Of a stretch of 64,000 nt of DNA, positions 1 through 9,243 are shown one piece after another (the stretch's first letter is position 1; each line of letters opens with the position of its first letter). Source of the stretch: a virus. The notes under the pieces were generated by a model. The model searched no databases and was not told the DNA's origin. It saw only the letters and a program-made list of their open reading frames with translations. The translations under genes were made by a program, and so were the position numbers. The stretch is taken from IMG/VR virus record IMGVR_UViG_3300015242_000020, positions 71,565-135,564 of that record; one strand, written 5' to 3'.

Positions 1-1494
1 GCCCTGAACCTGACCGGTCAGCTCACCATTACGCCAGGCCAGAATCCGCACTCCACCAGACTTCCGGATGTCCTTGGCCTTCCGACGTACATCGGTCCAA
101 GATGCCTGCACGTGAAAGAGGAAATCCGGCTCACCGGTATCCATGGCCTTGGTAGCGAATTTCATTGCTGAATCCCACAGCTTAGGCCACTCGAATTCTG
201 GATCTTTGACGGTCGCGACCACCTCAGGCTGGGATTGCACTGGCCGGACCATATCCTCACTCGATTCGAATACCCTGTTGCGGCCCTTGTTCGGAGTGAA
301 GCCAAACCCCCGGTAGAAATTCTGCAGCCGGGACTTGGTGCCGCCAAAGTCCGCTGAGGGGGTGAGGTCGACCCGCTTACCGTGTTGGTCAGCGTAATCG
401 AGCAGATCCCGCATGTAGGCAGATCCCTTGCCCTGACCGCGCCGGTCCTTGGGCACCACAATCTTGTTCAAAGTGAGCGAGTCGGGGCGTTCGGTCACGA
501 AATGTTCGAGACCAGGATGACGAGCATCGAGATACTCCATCACTCCGGAATTCGCTGCAACCTTTGCAGCTTTGGCATGCTGGACCGGAACCTTCGGACC
601 CCAGTACCCCTGCTCGGGGAGGTAATCGCCGGTCTGCTCGACATGCTCGGCCGGTACTTGGGCGGAGTAGACCGGCATGTCCTGGCTCGGGTCGGTCGGA
701 TGACGCCCAGCACTAGCGGCGTACTCCTTGGACAGTGAGACCCAATCCCCCGGATTGAAGTGTGTAGTGGATCCCGCCGGAGCGGACCGGTAAACCGTGA
801 CCATGCTGGAGCTGGGCTTCCCTCGCAGCTCGCGTAGTCGCTGCATGGTCTCGCCGATGCCGGGTTCGGATGTGTCGGCGTAATACTCCGGGTGGTCATA
901 GGTGTCGGCAGGCAGCGCACTCTCACCACTGGTGATGTCGGTGATCTTCGGACCGCGCTGTGGCCGATGGCTCATCCAGTATCCCTCGGCGGCCTGCTTG
1001 GCGGCAGTGTGCGGCATTGAGCTATTGAGGTTGTAGTGCACCCAGCCGTTGGCGTCGGCGGCAGGATGTGGCTCGTGCGGCCTCCAGGACACCCCCGTCA
1101 CCTGGACATCCCGCCCCTTGCGTACGGGCACCTCCTGCTCCCAGTGCTCGGGGCCGTGCACCTCGCGACGGTTCAGCATAAAGGGGCGCGTTTCAATGTC
1201 CTCGGGCGCCGGGTGCTCGGCGTGCAGGACGATCGGCAGATCGCTGCTGCCCGTGCGGGGGCTCTTGCTCGCGAACTCCCGCGCCTGACCGAGATCGGTT
1301 GACCAGTGCATACCGAGGGCACGCCGGGATGTCTGACTCAGAATCTTCTGGGCGATGTCCTCAGGAGATGCTGCGGGATCGTGGATGGCGTCATATGCCT
1401 TACCAGAGAGCCGGATAGAGATCCCCCGATGCACTGTTGGGGAAAACCCCTGCGCCCCGGTGATCAGCTCGGCGATGGCATCGATCTCGCTCAC
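1..1494 (-). CDS. Polyvalent head-region protein, partial (runs off the left edge): two ART-like domains, a GNAT acetyltransferase and the start of a further domain
   Basis: Absent from the ORF track. My translation from GTG 1494 (GTGA overlap with the upstream stop) is open for 498 codons to base 1. Motifs: VHRGIS...GMHWSTD...WEQEVPV; VTVYRSAP...GDWVSLSKEYA; IVVPKDRRGQGKGSAYM...LQNFYRGFGF. Confidence 0.8.
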   Translation of the reverse strand, partial: MSEIDAIAELITGAQGFSPTVHRGISIRLSGKAYDAIHDPAASPEDIAQKILSQTSRRALGMHWSTDLGQAREFASKSPRTGSSDLPIVLHAEHPAPEDIETRPFMLNRREVHGPEHWEQEVPVRKGRDVQVTGVSWRPHEPHPAADANGWVHYNLNSSMPHTAAKQAAEGYWMSHRPQRGPKITDITSGESALPADTYDHPEYYADTSEPGIGETMQRLRELRGKPSSSMVTVYRSAPAGSTTHFNPGDWVSLSKEYAASAGRHPTDPSQDMPVYSAQVPAEHVEQTGDYLPEQGYWGPKVPVQHAKAAKVAANSGVMEYLDARHPGLEHFVTERPDSLTLNKIVVPKDRRGQGKGSAYMRDLLDYADQHGKRVDLTPSADFGGTKSRLQNFYRGFGFTPNKGRNRVFESSEDMVRPVQSQPEVVATVKDPEFEWPKLWDSAMKFATKAMDTGEPDFLFHVQASWTDVRRKAKDIRKSGGVRILAWRNGELTGQVQG

Positions 1495-1799
1495 AGCACC
1501 GCCTCCACCGTCTTAATACTCGTGATCATGTCCGAGCCCACCACGATCCGACCGGGGAAGCCGACGCGCTGCTCACCGGTGGGATCCTCGCGGCGAATCT
1601 TGAAGTTGGACTCCAGCGACAGCGTGTCGGCCATGTCGAATGCCACCAACTCGGCTTCGATCTGATCCTCAGCTTCGACCCAGACGTACCGGGTGAACTT
1701 GTCGTAGTGCAGGTAGGGAGGCACGCAAGGACCGGCCTCGGGGGTCGCCATCCCGTGGCGACGTACCCCGAAGCCGATCTTCACGCAGTATCTCGACAC
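1491..1799 (-). CDS. Hypothetical protein
   Basis: 102-aa ORF packed between neighbours; its stop overlaps the next start. Confidence 0.6.
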   Translation of the reverse strand: MSRYCVKIGFGVRRHGMATPEAGPCVPPYLHYDKFTRYVWVEAEDQIEAELVAFDMADTLSLESNFKIRREDPTGEQRVGFPGRIVVGSDMITSIKTVEAVL

Positions 1800-1818
1800 C
1801 CACCTATCCTAAGCTTCC

Positions 1819-2103
1819 TTAGAGGTCTTCGTATACCTTTTCCGGCCAGTGCCAAGACCCGCCGTCGTAGGGCTCGCTGCTGCCCTCCGGCAGCGACTGC
1901 TGGTGGCAGCCACCTTCGGCCAGTGAGTGGAAGAAAAACCCAGTGGGGTTGAGCGCTACCAGACCGATGAGCCCAGGATCGTGCTCGTCCACCTCGGTGA
2001 TGACCGCCGCTCGACACTGCCGGGTGTACTGCTGCGTCCCATCCGCGCGCAACGGCGAGCCCACCGACACGTAGTGCACTATCCGACCCACGGATGGCTT
2101 CAT
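1819..2103 (-). CDS. Conserved phage hypothetical protein (KPSVGRIVHY type)
   Basis: MKPSVGRIVHYV...RAAVIT...WHWP pattern common in phages; ATGA overlap. Confidence 0.7.
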   Translation of the reverse strand: MKPSVGRIVHYVSVGSPLRADGTQQYTRQCRAAVITEVDEHDPGLIGLVALNPTGFFFHSLAEGGCHQQSLPEGSSEPYDGGSWHWPEKVYEDL

Positions 2104-4010
2104 TGACCCTCGATCCCTAGAAAGTCCAGCACGTCGTGCGGGTCGGCATCGGAGGCAAAGTAGGCCCGGCGCAGGCCGGCCTGAATGTAGACCGTCTTGC
2201 CCTCTCCGACGTCATACAGCGCGAGCTGGTGGGCATTGCGACCGACCTGCTTGGCCTTCTCGAAATCCGGATAGTGATGGCTGACGTCGAGATAGACCTT
2301 CTTCGACTCCGGGTCATGCCAGGCACCGAAGTAGGCGTTCGGTGAGGCCAGCTCCTTCTGATGCTGATCCAGGTAGCCCTGAATGTGCTGCGGGCCGAAT
2401 CCACCCTCCGGAAAGGCCTGCTCAGTGGACTTGTTCTTGCTGACCATGTAGCCGGCCTTGGGGCCATCCCCGAGGTGGTCCTTGACCGAGAATCCGCCGT
2501 TCTTGTGGATGGCGTCGATCAGCTCGCGCGGAGCCAACAGGGCCTCGACGGTTGCGTCGGGATCTTGGTCTCCACGGAGTGCCGCAATCTCGGCCTGCAG
2601 GATCGCGTGCGCCTTCCCAGCGTGAGCCGGCAGGATATGGAAGGTGATGCCGGGCTTACCTTCTGTCTCGGTGGATGCGCCAGTGGACCGGATGAACTCG
2701 ACCTCAGAGTCAGGGATCTCCTCGGGGCTCGGATAAGACTTCGACCGCGCCCGATGCGTCTGTACGTACCAACCGTCGTCGTCCTGCATCGGTCCACCGA
2801 CCTCAGCAAAACGCGGGTCCTTAGCGGCCACACCCAGCTGACGGGCGTTCGGGCCGGGCTCAGAGATCGGGCACTGAGACTGCTGATTCCAGTCCCGGCC
2901 GCAACGCCCCCGCATCTGGGGTACCCAGCGGGCCTGCCCGGTCTGCAAGGTCTTTTGGACGTCGAGATTCTTCGGGAATATGCAGCGCTGGTTGAAGCGG
3001 AATTTGCACCAGTCGTAATTCACTCCGGACGCGGGAGGATTACCAAAGAAACCGGACCAAAAACCGGCCTCTTTGCTGGCTGCGAGCTGCTGGTCGAACT
3101 GGTCTTCGGTCGTATCGGCCTCTGGGTCCTCTCCAGCCGACTCGTCATACTGCTCGCCCGCACCGGTGAGCGGGTAGTGCGTCCAGTCATCTCCCTGAGC
3201 CAGTACCAGGGACGGGATCTGAAACTGAGTCGGCTCGACCGGATCGGGGGCGGGCTCTCCCTCTAGCAGGTAGGTGCGGGTGCTGTGCGGAGTGAAACCG
3301 TGGTCATGGGCGACATCGACCCCGGCGGCCTCCAGCGCGGTCACCAGTGAGCCATGCAGCGACGGCAGCACGTCGCCGGGGGCGTCCACCGGAGCGTAAT
3401 GCGGCACACCATCCTCGCCGGCCGGAAACTGACCCGCACCTCCGACGGAGGCATCGATCGGGCCGAGCATGCCGGCGTGGTTGGCCACCACGTCATGGGC
3501 TGCGGCCAGCTGCTCGGGGCTGGGGCTGGGCAGATAGGCCAGCGTGACGTGCATCTGCTCCGGCGGCAGCCCACCAGGAACGGCAATCTTGCTGGCCACC
3601 TCCGGTGGGATGGGCAGCGCGACCATGGCCGAGTGGGAGTGATCTCCCCCGTCATCGGCCTGCTTGTGTAGCGCGGTCACCGCGCCGTAAAGCGCGTCGG
3701 CACCGGTGAGCAGACCGGCCAGGTATTCCACGGCGGAAATGGAGTGCGGTGGTGGTGGCTTGCGGTCCAGGATGTCGCCCAGCTCGGGGTAGGACTCTGT
3801 GGCCACCTCGGCAGTCTTGGATGCCGTGCGCGGTCGCAGCTCCTGCGAGGAGTACGTGCCACCACCGAGATTGTTGTCGAGGGTCACCTCGTAATGCTCA
3901 TTCCCGGGCCCTGGGCCGTCCAGGACGGCCTCCACGGTGCCGGGGTAGCCCTCTACCGTGGTGACGGCATCTCCGGGCCTGTGGCTCCACCACAACTCAC
4001 TGTTCACCAC
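2100..4010 (-). CDS. Modular head-region protein with 2H-phosphoesterase (2'-5' RNA ligase/Acb1-like) domain
   Basis: Two HxT/S motifs (MHVTLAYL; FTPHSTR) about 90 aa apart; SH3-like N-terminus; Cys-rich module; directly downstream of portal. Confidence 0.75.
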   Translation of the reverse strand: MVNSELWWSHRPGDAVTTVEGYPGTVEAVLDGPGPGNEHYEVTLDNNLGGGTYSSQELRPRTASKTAEVATESYPELGDILDRKPPPPHSISAVEYLAGLLTGADALYGAVTALHKQADDGGDHSHSAMVALPIPPEVASKIAVPGGLPPEQMHVTLAYLPSPSPEQLAAAHDVVANHAGMLGPIDASVGGAGQFPAGEDGVPHYAPVDAPGDVLPSLHGSLVTALEAAGVDVAHDHGFTPHSTRTYLLEGEPAPDPVEPTQFQIPSLVLAQGDDWTHYPLTGAGEQYDESAGEDPEADTTEDQFDQQLAASKEAGFWSGFFGNPPASGVNYDWCKFRFNQRCIFPKNLDVQKTLQTGQARWVPQMRGRCGRDWNQQSQCPISEPGPNARQLGVAAKDPRFAEVGGPMQDDDGWYVQTHRARSKSYPSPEEIPDSEVEFIRSTGASTETEGKPGITFHILPAHAGKAHAILQAEIAALRGDQDPDATVEALLAPRELIDAIHKNGGFSVKDHLGDGPKAGYMVSKNKSTEQAFPEGGFGPQHIQGYLDQHQKELASPNAYFGAWHDPESKKVYLDVSHHYPDFEKAKQVGRNAHQLALYDVGEGKTVYIQAGLRRAYFASDADPHDVLDFLGIEGQ

Positions 4011-6150
4011 TGGCCTGCTCCTGCTCTACGTCGTCCTCGGGGGTGAGGTGCCGAGGGTGCCGGCGGGATCCGAGATGCGTGGGATCACTAAGAAACCTTA
4101 GACTACCCGTCGGTCGGGGCATGCCGGCGCGCATCTCATCCGACTCTGGCGGGCGAGCCTGATTACGGGGCAGCGGGATCAGCTGACCACCTGCGGTGTC
4201 CTCCTGTGCTCCGCCCGGTCCGGCCGGTAGAGCCAGTGGCACCCCCGGAGGCTGCATCAGCTCACCCGGCGTCGCCGCCAGGTTGGGGGTGGTCGGGTCA
4301 TCCACCCCCAGCTGCGGCATCCGAGTGGGGTCAGAGGCGGGGGCGCCACCGGGCGGTGCCATGCCCATCTGCATGTCGGGCTGCAGGATGGCGTCTTGGG
4401 CCTGCTGCTGCTTTTCGATCTCGTCGTGGTTGATCACCTTGGGCTCGAAGTCCTGGGCCAAATCATCCGGCACCGGCAGACCCTTGGCGCGCAGCGTCAG
4501 GTAGGTCTCCTTGCGGGTCTCCTGCTCCTCCACCGCGAGCTGCACTCGCTCATCCCGGGATAGATCTATCTCATCCTGCAGGTTCAGTCCGGCCTGATTC
4601 ATGGCCTTCATCCGGGTCTGCATGGAGATCGGCACTCCGGCCGCACGCAGCGCCTCGATGAAACCGATCCGGTCAGTTTCGGACTTCATCGACATCGAAG
4701 CCATCTGCACATCGGGCACCAGCAGCTTGGGCTGCTCCTCGATCACCCGCTGGCCATCCTCGGTGATCACCAGGACCTCTTCGTTGATCACGTACCGCTT
4801 GCCGTTGCGCTCGTCGTAGTCGTAGTGCTCCTGGGCCTCGGCGACCACCGTCATGCGCTCTTTTAGGAAGCGCTTCAGCTTGCGCTGGTAGGTGGTCAGC
4901 AGCTGGCTGATCAGGTCCCGGTTCAGCGCATCGGCAGCATAGGTCTGACCCTGGGAGGCACCCGAGAGCATCGTCTCCGACAGCCCGAAGGTCTGCAGCT
5001 TCCGTTCCTTGAGCCGGTCGAAGTCATTGTCCAGGTTCGGCATGTTCTCCCGGCCGAAGACACTCGACATCTCCACCGCGAAGTGGGTGGCCAGCACCCG
5101 GAAGTCAGCGGCGAGGGCGGCATCGACGTCGGCCAGAAAGTTCTGCAGGTCCCCCTGGCTCGGCACCCATGGTCGCTCGGTCCCCAGGTCGGTGGCGCTG
5201 GCGCCGATCCGGGCGTGGATCAGCGGAGTGTAAAACCGGCTGGCAATGGCGTCCTGGGCGGCGTTGAGCATCTCCTCTTGGATGCAGGGGCGCAGCGCGC
5301 GCAGCAGGATCGGCAGGCCCCGGGGGTTGAACGTGTCACCGGTGAATTTGATCTGCTTCAGCAGGGTGTTGGAGACCGGCATCTTCCGGTCAATACCCAG
5401 GGCGAAATCCTTCAGCTCCGGGTAGGCCTGAATCAGCGACTCGTATTCCCATTTCGGGTCCTTGGTCTGCAGCACCCGACGAAAGGATTCCGGCAGTGTC
5501 ATAAAGAATCGAGGCTGCCGCAGAAACGGGCTTTTCTCCACCGTGATGTCATCGGGCTGAATCAGCTCGTCGGACTCCCAGATGCCGAGAGTCTCATCGA
5601 AGTACGCCATCGGCCATGCCTCACCGACGGTCCAGTATTCCCGGCCGATGGACTCCAGGTATTCCTCGTAATTGAGGTCGTCCTCGTCGAAGAGCAGCGA
5701 CGTGTAGAAATCCACCAGCTGGGAGGACTTGCAGTTCAGCTCGATCCCCAGCACCGGGTACTTGGAGTACACGTCGATGCAGGAGGCCAGGATCGGGTCC
5801 GACCGGTAGATAAACCGGCACCATTCGCGCAGCTCGATGAGTACCTTTTCGTCGTCGACGTCATAGGGCATGCCGGACTCGCGCCAGTAAAACATCGGGT
5901 CCAGCGGGCGCTGGGTGGCGAAGGAGTAGTTGGAGCCCGAGCCGGAGCTGGTCGCGGCGGCGAACTTCTGGTTGGTGCGCCGCACCTGGGCAGCATGGTG
6001 CAGCTCACCGGGGTCGGCCGAGATCGAGCCCTGCTTGCCCAGCTGCAGAGCGCGCTGTACGTCGGAGGCACCCCGAGCCACCAGGATCGAGGTCTCGGGG
6101 TTACTGCGCCGGCCCATGCCCCGGCGGTCGGTGACCTCAAAGTCAGCCAC
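3997..6150 (-). CDS. Portal protein
   Basis: 717 aa; DPILASCIDVYSKYP, REYWTVGEAWP, NPRGLPIL, ASRFYTPL resemble large-actinophage portals; Pro-rich tail. Confidence 0.75.
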   Translation of the reverse strand: MADFEVTDRRGMGRRSNPETSILVARGASDVQRALQLGKQGSISADPGELHHAAQVRRTNQKFAAATSSGSGSNYSFATQRPLDPMFYWRESGMPYDVDDEKVLIELREWCRFIYRSDPILASCIDVYSKYPVLGIELNCKSSQLVDFYTSLLFDEDDLNYEEYLESIGREYWTVGEAWPMAYFDETLGIWESDELIQPDDITVEKSPFLRQPRFFMTLPESFRRVLQTKDPKWEYESLIQAYPELKDFALGIDRKMPVSNTLLKQIKFTGDTFNPRGLPILLRALRPCIQEEMLNAAQDAIASRFYTPLIHARIGASATDLGTERPWVPSQGDLQNFLADVDAALAADFRVLATHFAVEMSSVFGRENMPNLDNDFDRLKERKLQTFGLSETMLSGASQGQTYAADALNRDLISQLLTTYQRKLKRFLKERMTVVAEAQEHYDYDERNGKRYVINEEVLVITEDGQRVIEEQPKLLVPDVQMASMSMKSETDRIGFIEALRAAGVPISMQTRMKAMNQAGLNLQDEIDLSRDERVQLAVEEQETRKETYLTLRAKGLPVPDDLAQDFEPKVINHDEIEKQQQAQDAILQPDMQMGMAPPGGAPASDPTRMPQLGVDDPTTPNLAATPGELMQPPGVPLALPAGPGGAQEDTAGGQLIPLPRNQARPPESDEMRAGMPRPTGSLRFLSDPTHLGSRRHPRHLTPEDDVEQEQASGEQ

Positions 6151-6652
6151 GCTGCCTCCGGGCCTTGACCCGGGCGATTACCCGGGCGCGGTCATGATCG
6201 GCGAAGTGGATGGCCAGGTGGTCCAGATAGTCCGGGAGCGCCAGCAGCGCACCGGTCTGGGTGCGCATCATCGGCGGGCCGTCCTGCGGCTCGTCAGACT
6301 CTCCCGGTGATTCCTCGGCGCCAGGATCACCCATGCCGTGATCGGCATCCGGACCGATCGGGCCCGCACCCCCGCCGGCAGAGGCAGCGTTGGGGTCGGC
6401 AGGAGCCGTGGGGTCTTGACCGGGCACCTGCTGGCCCTGGTCATTGAGCTGTGGCTCGCCAGCGTTGAGTTGGTCGGGCTCTTGCGGCATCGCCGGAAAC
6501 TGCGGCTGGATCCGGACCGTGTAGCTGCGCTGGCAGAAGCCACAGTGGATCGAGCCGTCGGAGGTGCCGTTCAGGTTGCCACTCCCGCACCATGGGCAGT
6601 GTGCAGTGACCGCATCGTCGTCGGATTCGTGCGCAATCTTGAGGCTAGCCAT
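6143..6652 (-). CDS. Zn-ribbon protein
   Basis: CPWC...CGFC pairs, low-complexity middle. Confidence 0.65.
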   Translation of the reverse strand: MASLKIAHESDDDAVTAHCPWCGSGNLNGTSDGSIHCGFCQRSYTVRIQPQFPAMPQEPDQLNAGEPQLNDQGQQVPGQDPTAPADPNAASAGGGAGPIGPDADHGMGDPGAEESPGESDEPQDGPPMMRTQTGALLALPDYLDHLAIHFADHDRARVIARVKARRQRG

Positions 6653-7139
6653 CGTCCCCGTCCGGGTCGTAGTGGGCGGCGTTGCGCAGCAGTAGTGCCG
6701 AGGCCAGGGAGACCACCTGGTCCTGCTCCTCGGTGTCCAGTACGGCCATCACCGGTGCCAGAGAGGGGTCAGAGCGCACCCGGCCGGCCACAAAGTCAGC
6801 GGCCTCCTCCGCGATCGTGGCCAGGTCATCGAGTACCCCGGCCTCCCCGAGCGCATGGATCAGGCCCTCCTCACCGGAGGAAGCCACCGTCTCCCGGACG
6901 GCAGTCACCGAGATCGGGGGTGGCGCATCCAGTGAGTCGGCCAGGAGCGAGCGCTCAACGGCCTCTGTGGCCATCAGCTGACCGAGGGAAAGGTATTGCA
7001 CCCGGCCGGCCGCTTTCCCGGTGGAAAACAGCACGTGGCCGCCATCCCCGGAGATGGACAGCAGCCGGCCGCAGTCGTTGGCCCGCAGCACTCCCTGCGG
7101 CCCTCCGACGTAGCGGACCCGGGCACCTTCGATGAGCAT
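6645..7139 (-). CDS. Hypothetical protein
   Basis: ATG 7139 in TGATG overlap with upstream stop. Confidence 0.65.
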   Translation of the reverse strand: MLIEGARVRYVGGPQGVLRANDCGRLLSISGDGGHVLFSTGKAAGRVQYLSLGQLMATEAVERSLLADSLDAPPPISVTAVRETVASSGEEGLIHALGEAGVLDDLATIAEEAADFVAGRVRSDPSLAPVMAVLDTEEQDQVVSLASALLLRNAAHYDPDGDDG

Positions 7140-9214
7140 CAGGCCCGTACCAGCTCCGGATGGGCCCGGATGGTCTGGGTGGCTACCGCGACGCACTGTC
7201 GCAGCGTCAGGCTGGGATTGGAGGCCAGCACGTCGGAGGCGATCTGGTCGATCTTCTCCATCGGGCTCTGGTACTTGGCTCCGGTGGTGGCCGGGGTGTT
7301 GGCCTGGGAGAAATCATCGGAGGGGGAGGGGAGTGGCGCCATCGAGGTGCCATCGGCTGCCGCACCGGACTCCAGCGCCGGATTCGGCAGCGCATCCCCG
7401 AGCTGCCCACCACTGGAGGTGTCGCCGAACTGGCTGGAGGCATCAGGGGTCAGACCCAGCTGGCCAGGGTCATCATCAGGGGAGGGCATCGTGCCCATGG
7501 AGGCCGGGTTGCCCGGACCGTTGACCGTGAACGGGTTGTCAGCGGTGATGGTCAGCGTGGTCGGCACCTGCCAGGTCAGGTTGGTGTTGCTGACGTTGGT
7601 CGCCGATCCGGTCATGATGGTGCTCACCACCGAGGGCTGACTGACCTTTAGCGACTCCTCGGCCACCAGCCACGGCGCGCTGGGCTTCAGCTCGTTGCCG
7701 TCGGCGGTGTTCTTCACCTCGGTGTCTCCCAGCGGTACCCGATTGGCGTCGGTGTACTCGTCATGGATCCAGCCAGGCGTGGCCGGTGGATCAACATGCT
7801 GGTACCGGTCGGCACCGAAGGCGTCCTCGTTGAGCGCGACCGGATGGAAGGCACCCTCCTTGTCGAGGTAGCCCCAGTTCATGCCGGAGTGCTTAGACCA
7901 CTCCATGGCCCGGAACGCCGCCTCGGCCTTCTCCTGCGAGTCGTGGTGGGAGAGCACTTTGCCGGTGCCCTTCTGGGTGATCACCCACTCATCGCCACGC
8001 TTCTCGATGTACTGATTGGCCGACTTCAGCAGCGCATGTACGAGGTTGCGGCCGACCAACTCCTCGACCCGGGCGCGGGCTTCCTCCTTCGTGGGGTGGG
8101 TGCCCATCACCTGCGGGATGCCATGCTCATTGATGATCGCCGAGTGCCAGCCATCGCCCGGCTTGGCCTCGGCCACCCGGGGGGCGCGACCCAGCTTGTT
8201 GCCGTGCACGTCGTAGAGGGCGTCCCCGTTCCAGGTCATCCAGTTCTCCGCTCGCGCGGTCTTGGTGGCCTGGCGTCCCTGCTCCTGCACGGCGGCCGGT
8301 GCCGGCTCTCCGTGGTGGCGTTCGGCCTTCTCGGCGGCATCGGGCACATTGGCGTACAGCGCCGCCTGCTGCGCGAGTGCCTGCGCCTTGGTCGGGTGGG
8401 TGCCCTTGACGTCACCGATCGCATTGACCACCTTGAACTTCCCGGCGTCCTCACGGACGTAGTACGGCGCGTTGTCTGAGGTGACCTGTAGCGAGCCCTG
8501 CACGTAGGGGTCGGGGTCGGCCGGCTCGGAGTGGTCGTCATACCAGCCCGGGTTCATCTTCTGATCCTGGGCGGCCTCCTGGCCCTTCTCTACGCCGCTC
8601 TGGTAGTCGGGGTGACCACCGTGCTCGGCCAGGCCGGCGTTGTCGTCGTAGAGACCGTCCTCGTAGCCGGAGTCATACCGGGCCTGGTCGAATGGATGCT
8701 GCACGTCGGAGGGATCGATCTCCCCGTCGGCCTCAACCGTAAAATTTGGCTCCCGCCCCAGCGCCAGGGAGTACAGCTCGGTGAGATCGGCCAGGTCGAC
8801 CGGGTCAGTGCTGGCCAGCGCCAGTGCCTCGATCTCCTCGGCGAGTGCCTCGGCAATCTCACCCCGAGTGGCGAGCTGATGCAGCGGCCCATCCTCATCG
8901 GCCCAGTCAGCGGCCAGGGTCTTGATCCGGGCGTCCACCTTGGCCTGCAGCAGCAGGCCGTGGTCCTCCTTCAGGGAGGTGCGCACCTGATCCAGTAGCG
9001 CGGTGTCCTCCGGGGAGACCTGTGCCACCGCCTCGGTGACCCGGTCGGCCACCAGCATGTACCGGGCGTCGTACTCTCCGGGCGATCCGGCGGCGGCCAG
9101 GAATGCCCACGCCACCTGCTGGGCGGCGACCTTGGCCATGGCGTACACGCGCTGGTTCTGCTCGGCGGCGACATCGGTGGCTGCCGTGCTCCACATCATC
9201 TCGCTGGCGTCCAT
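7139..9214 (-). CDS. Large modular acidic head-region protein
   Basis: 691 aa; three short repeats ending (G/S)(T/H)H-x-(T/S)-x-x-x-A; located in portal operon. Confidence 0.75.
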   Translation of the reverse strand: MDASEMMWSTAATDVAAEQNQRVYAMAKVAAQQVAWAFLAAAGSPGEYDARYMLVADRVTEAVAQVSPEDTALLDQVRTSLKEDHGLLLQAKVDARIKTLAADWADEDGPLHQLATRGEIAEALAEEIEALALASTDPVDLADLTELYSLALGREPNFTVEADGEIDPSDVQHPFDQARYDSGYEDGLYDDNAGLAEHGGHPDYQSGVEKGQEAAQDQKMNPGWYDDHSEPADPDPYVQGSLQVTSDNAPYYVREDAGKFKVVNAIGDVKGTHPTKAQALAQQAALYANVPDAAEKAERHHGEPAPAAVQEQGRQATKTARAENWMTWNGDALYDVHGNKLGRAPRVAEAKPGDGWHSAIINEHGIPQVMGTHPTKEEARARVEELVGRNLVHALLKSANQYIEKRGDEWVITQKGTGKVLSHHDSQEKAEAAFRAMEWSKHSGMNWGYLDKEGAFHPVALNEDAFGADRYQHVDPPATPGWIHDEYTDANRVPLGDTEVKNTADGNELKPSAPWLVAEESLKVSQPSVVSTIMTGSATNVSNTNLTWQVPTTLTITADNPFTVNGPGNPASMGTMPSPDDDPGQLGLTPDASSQFGDTSSGGQLGDALPNPALESGAAADGTSMAPLPSPSDDFSQANTPATTGAKYQSPMEKIDQIASDVLASNPSLTLRQCVAVATQTIRAHPELVRA

Positions 9215-9243
9215 GCGGGGTTACTCCTTGTGTGATGTGGGGA

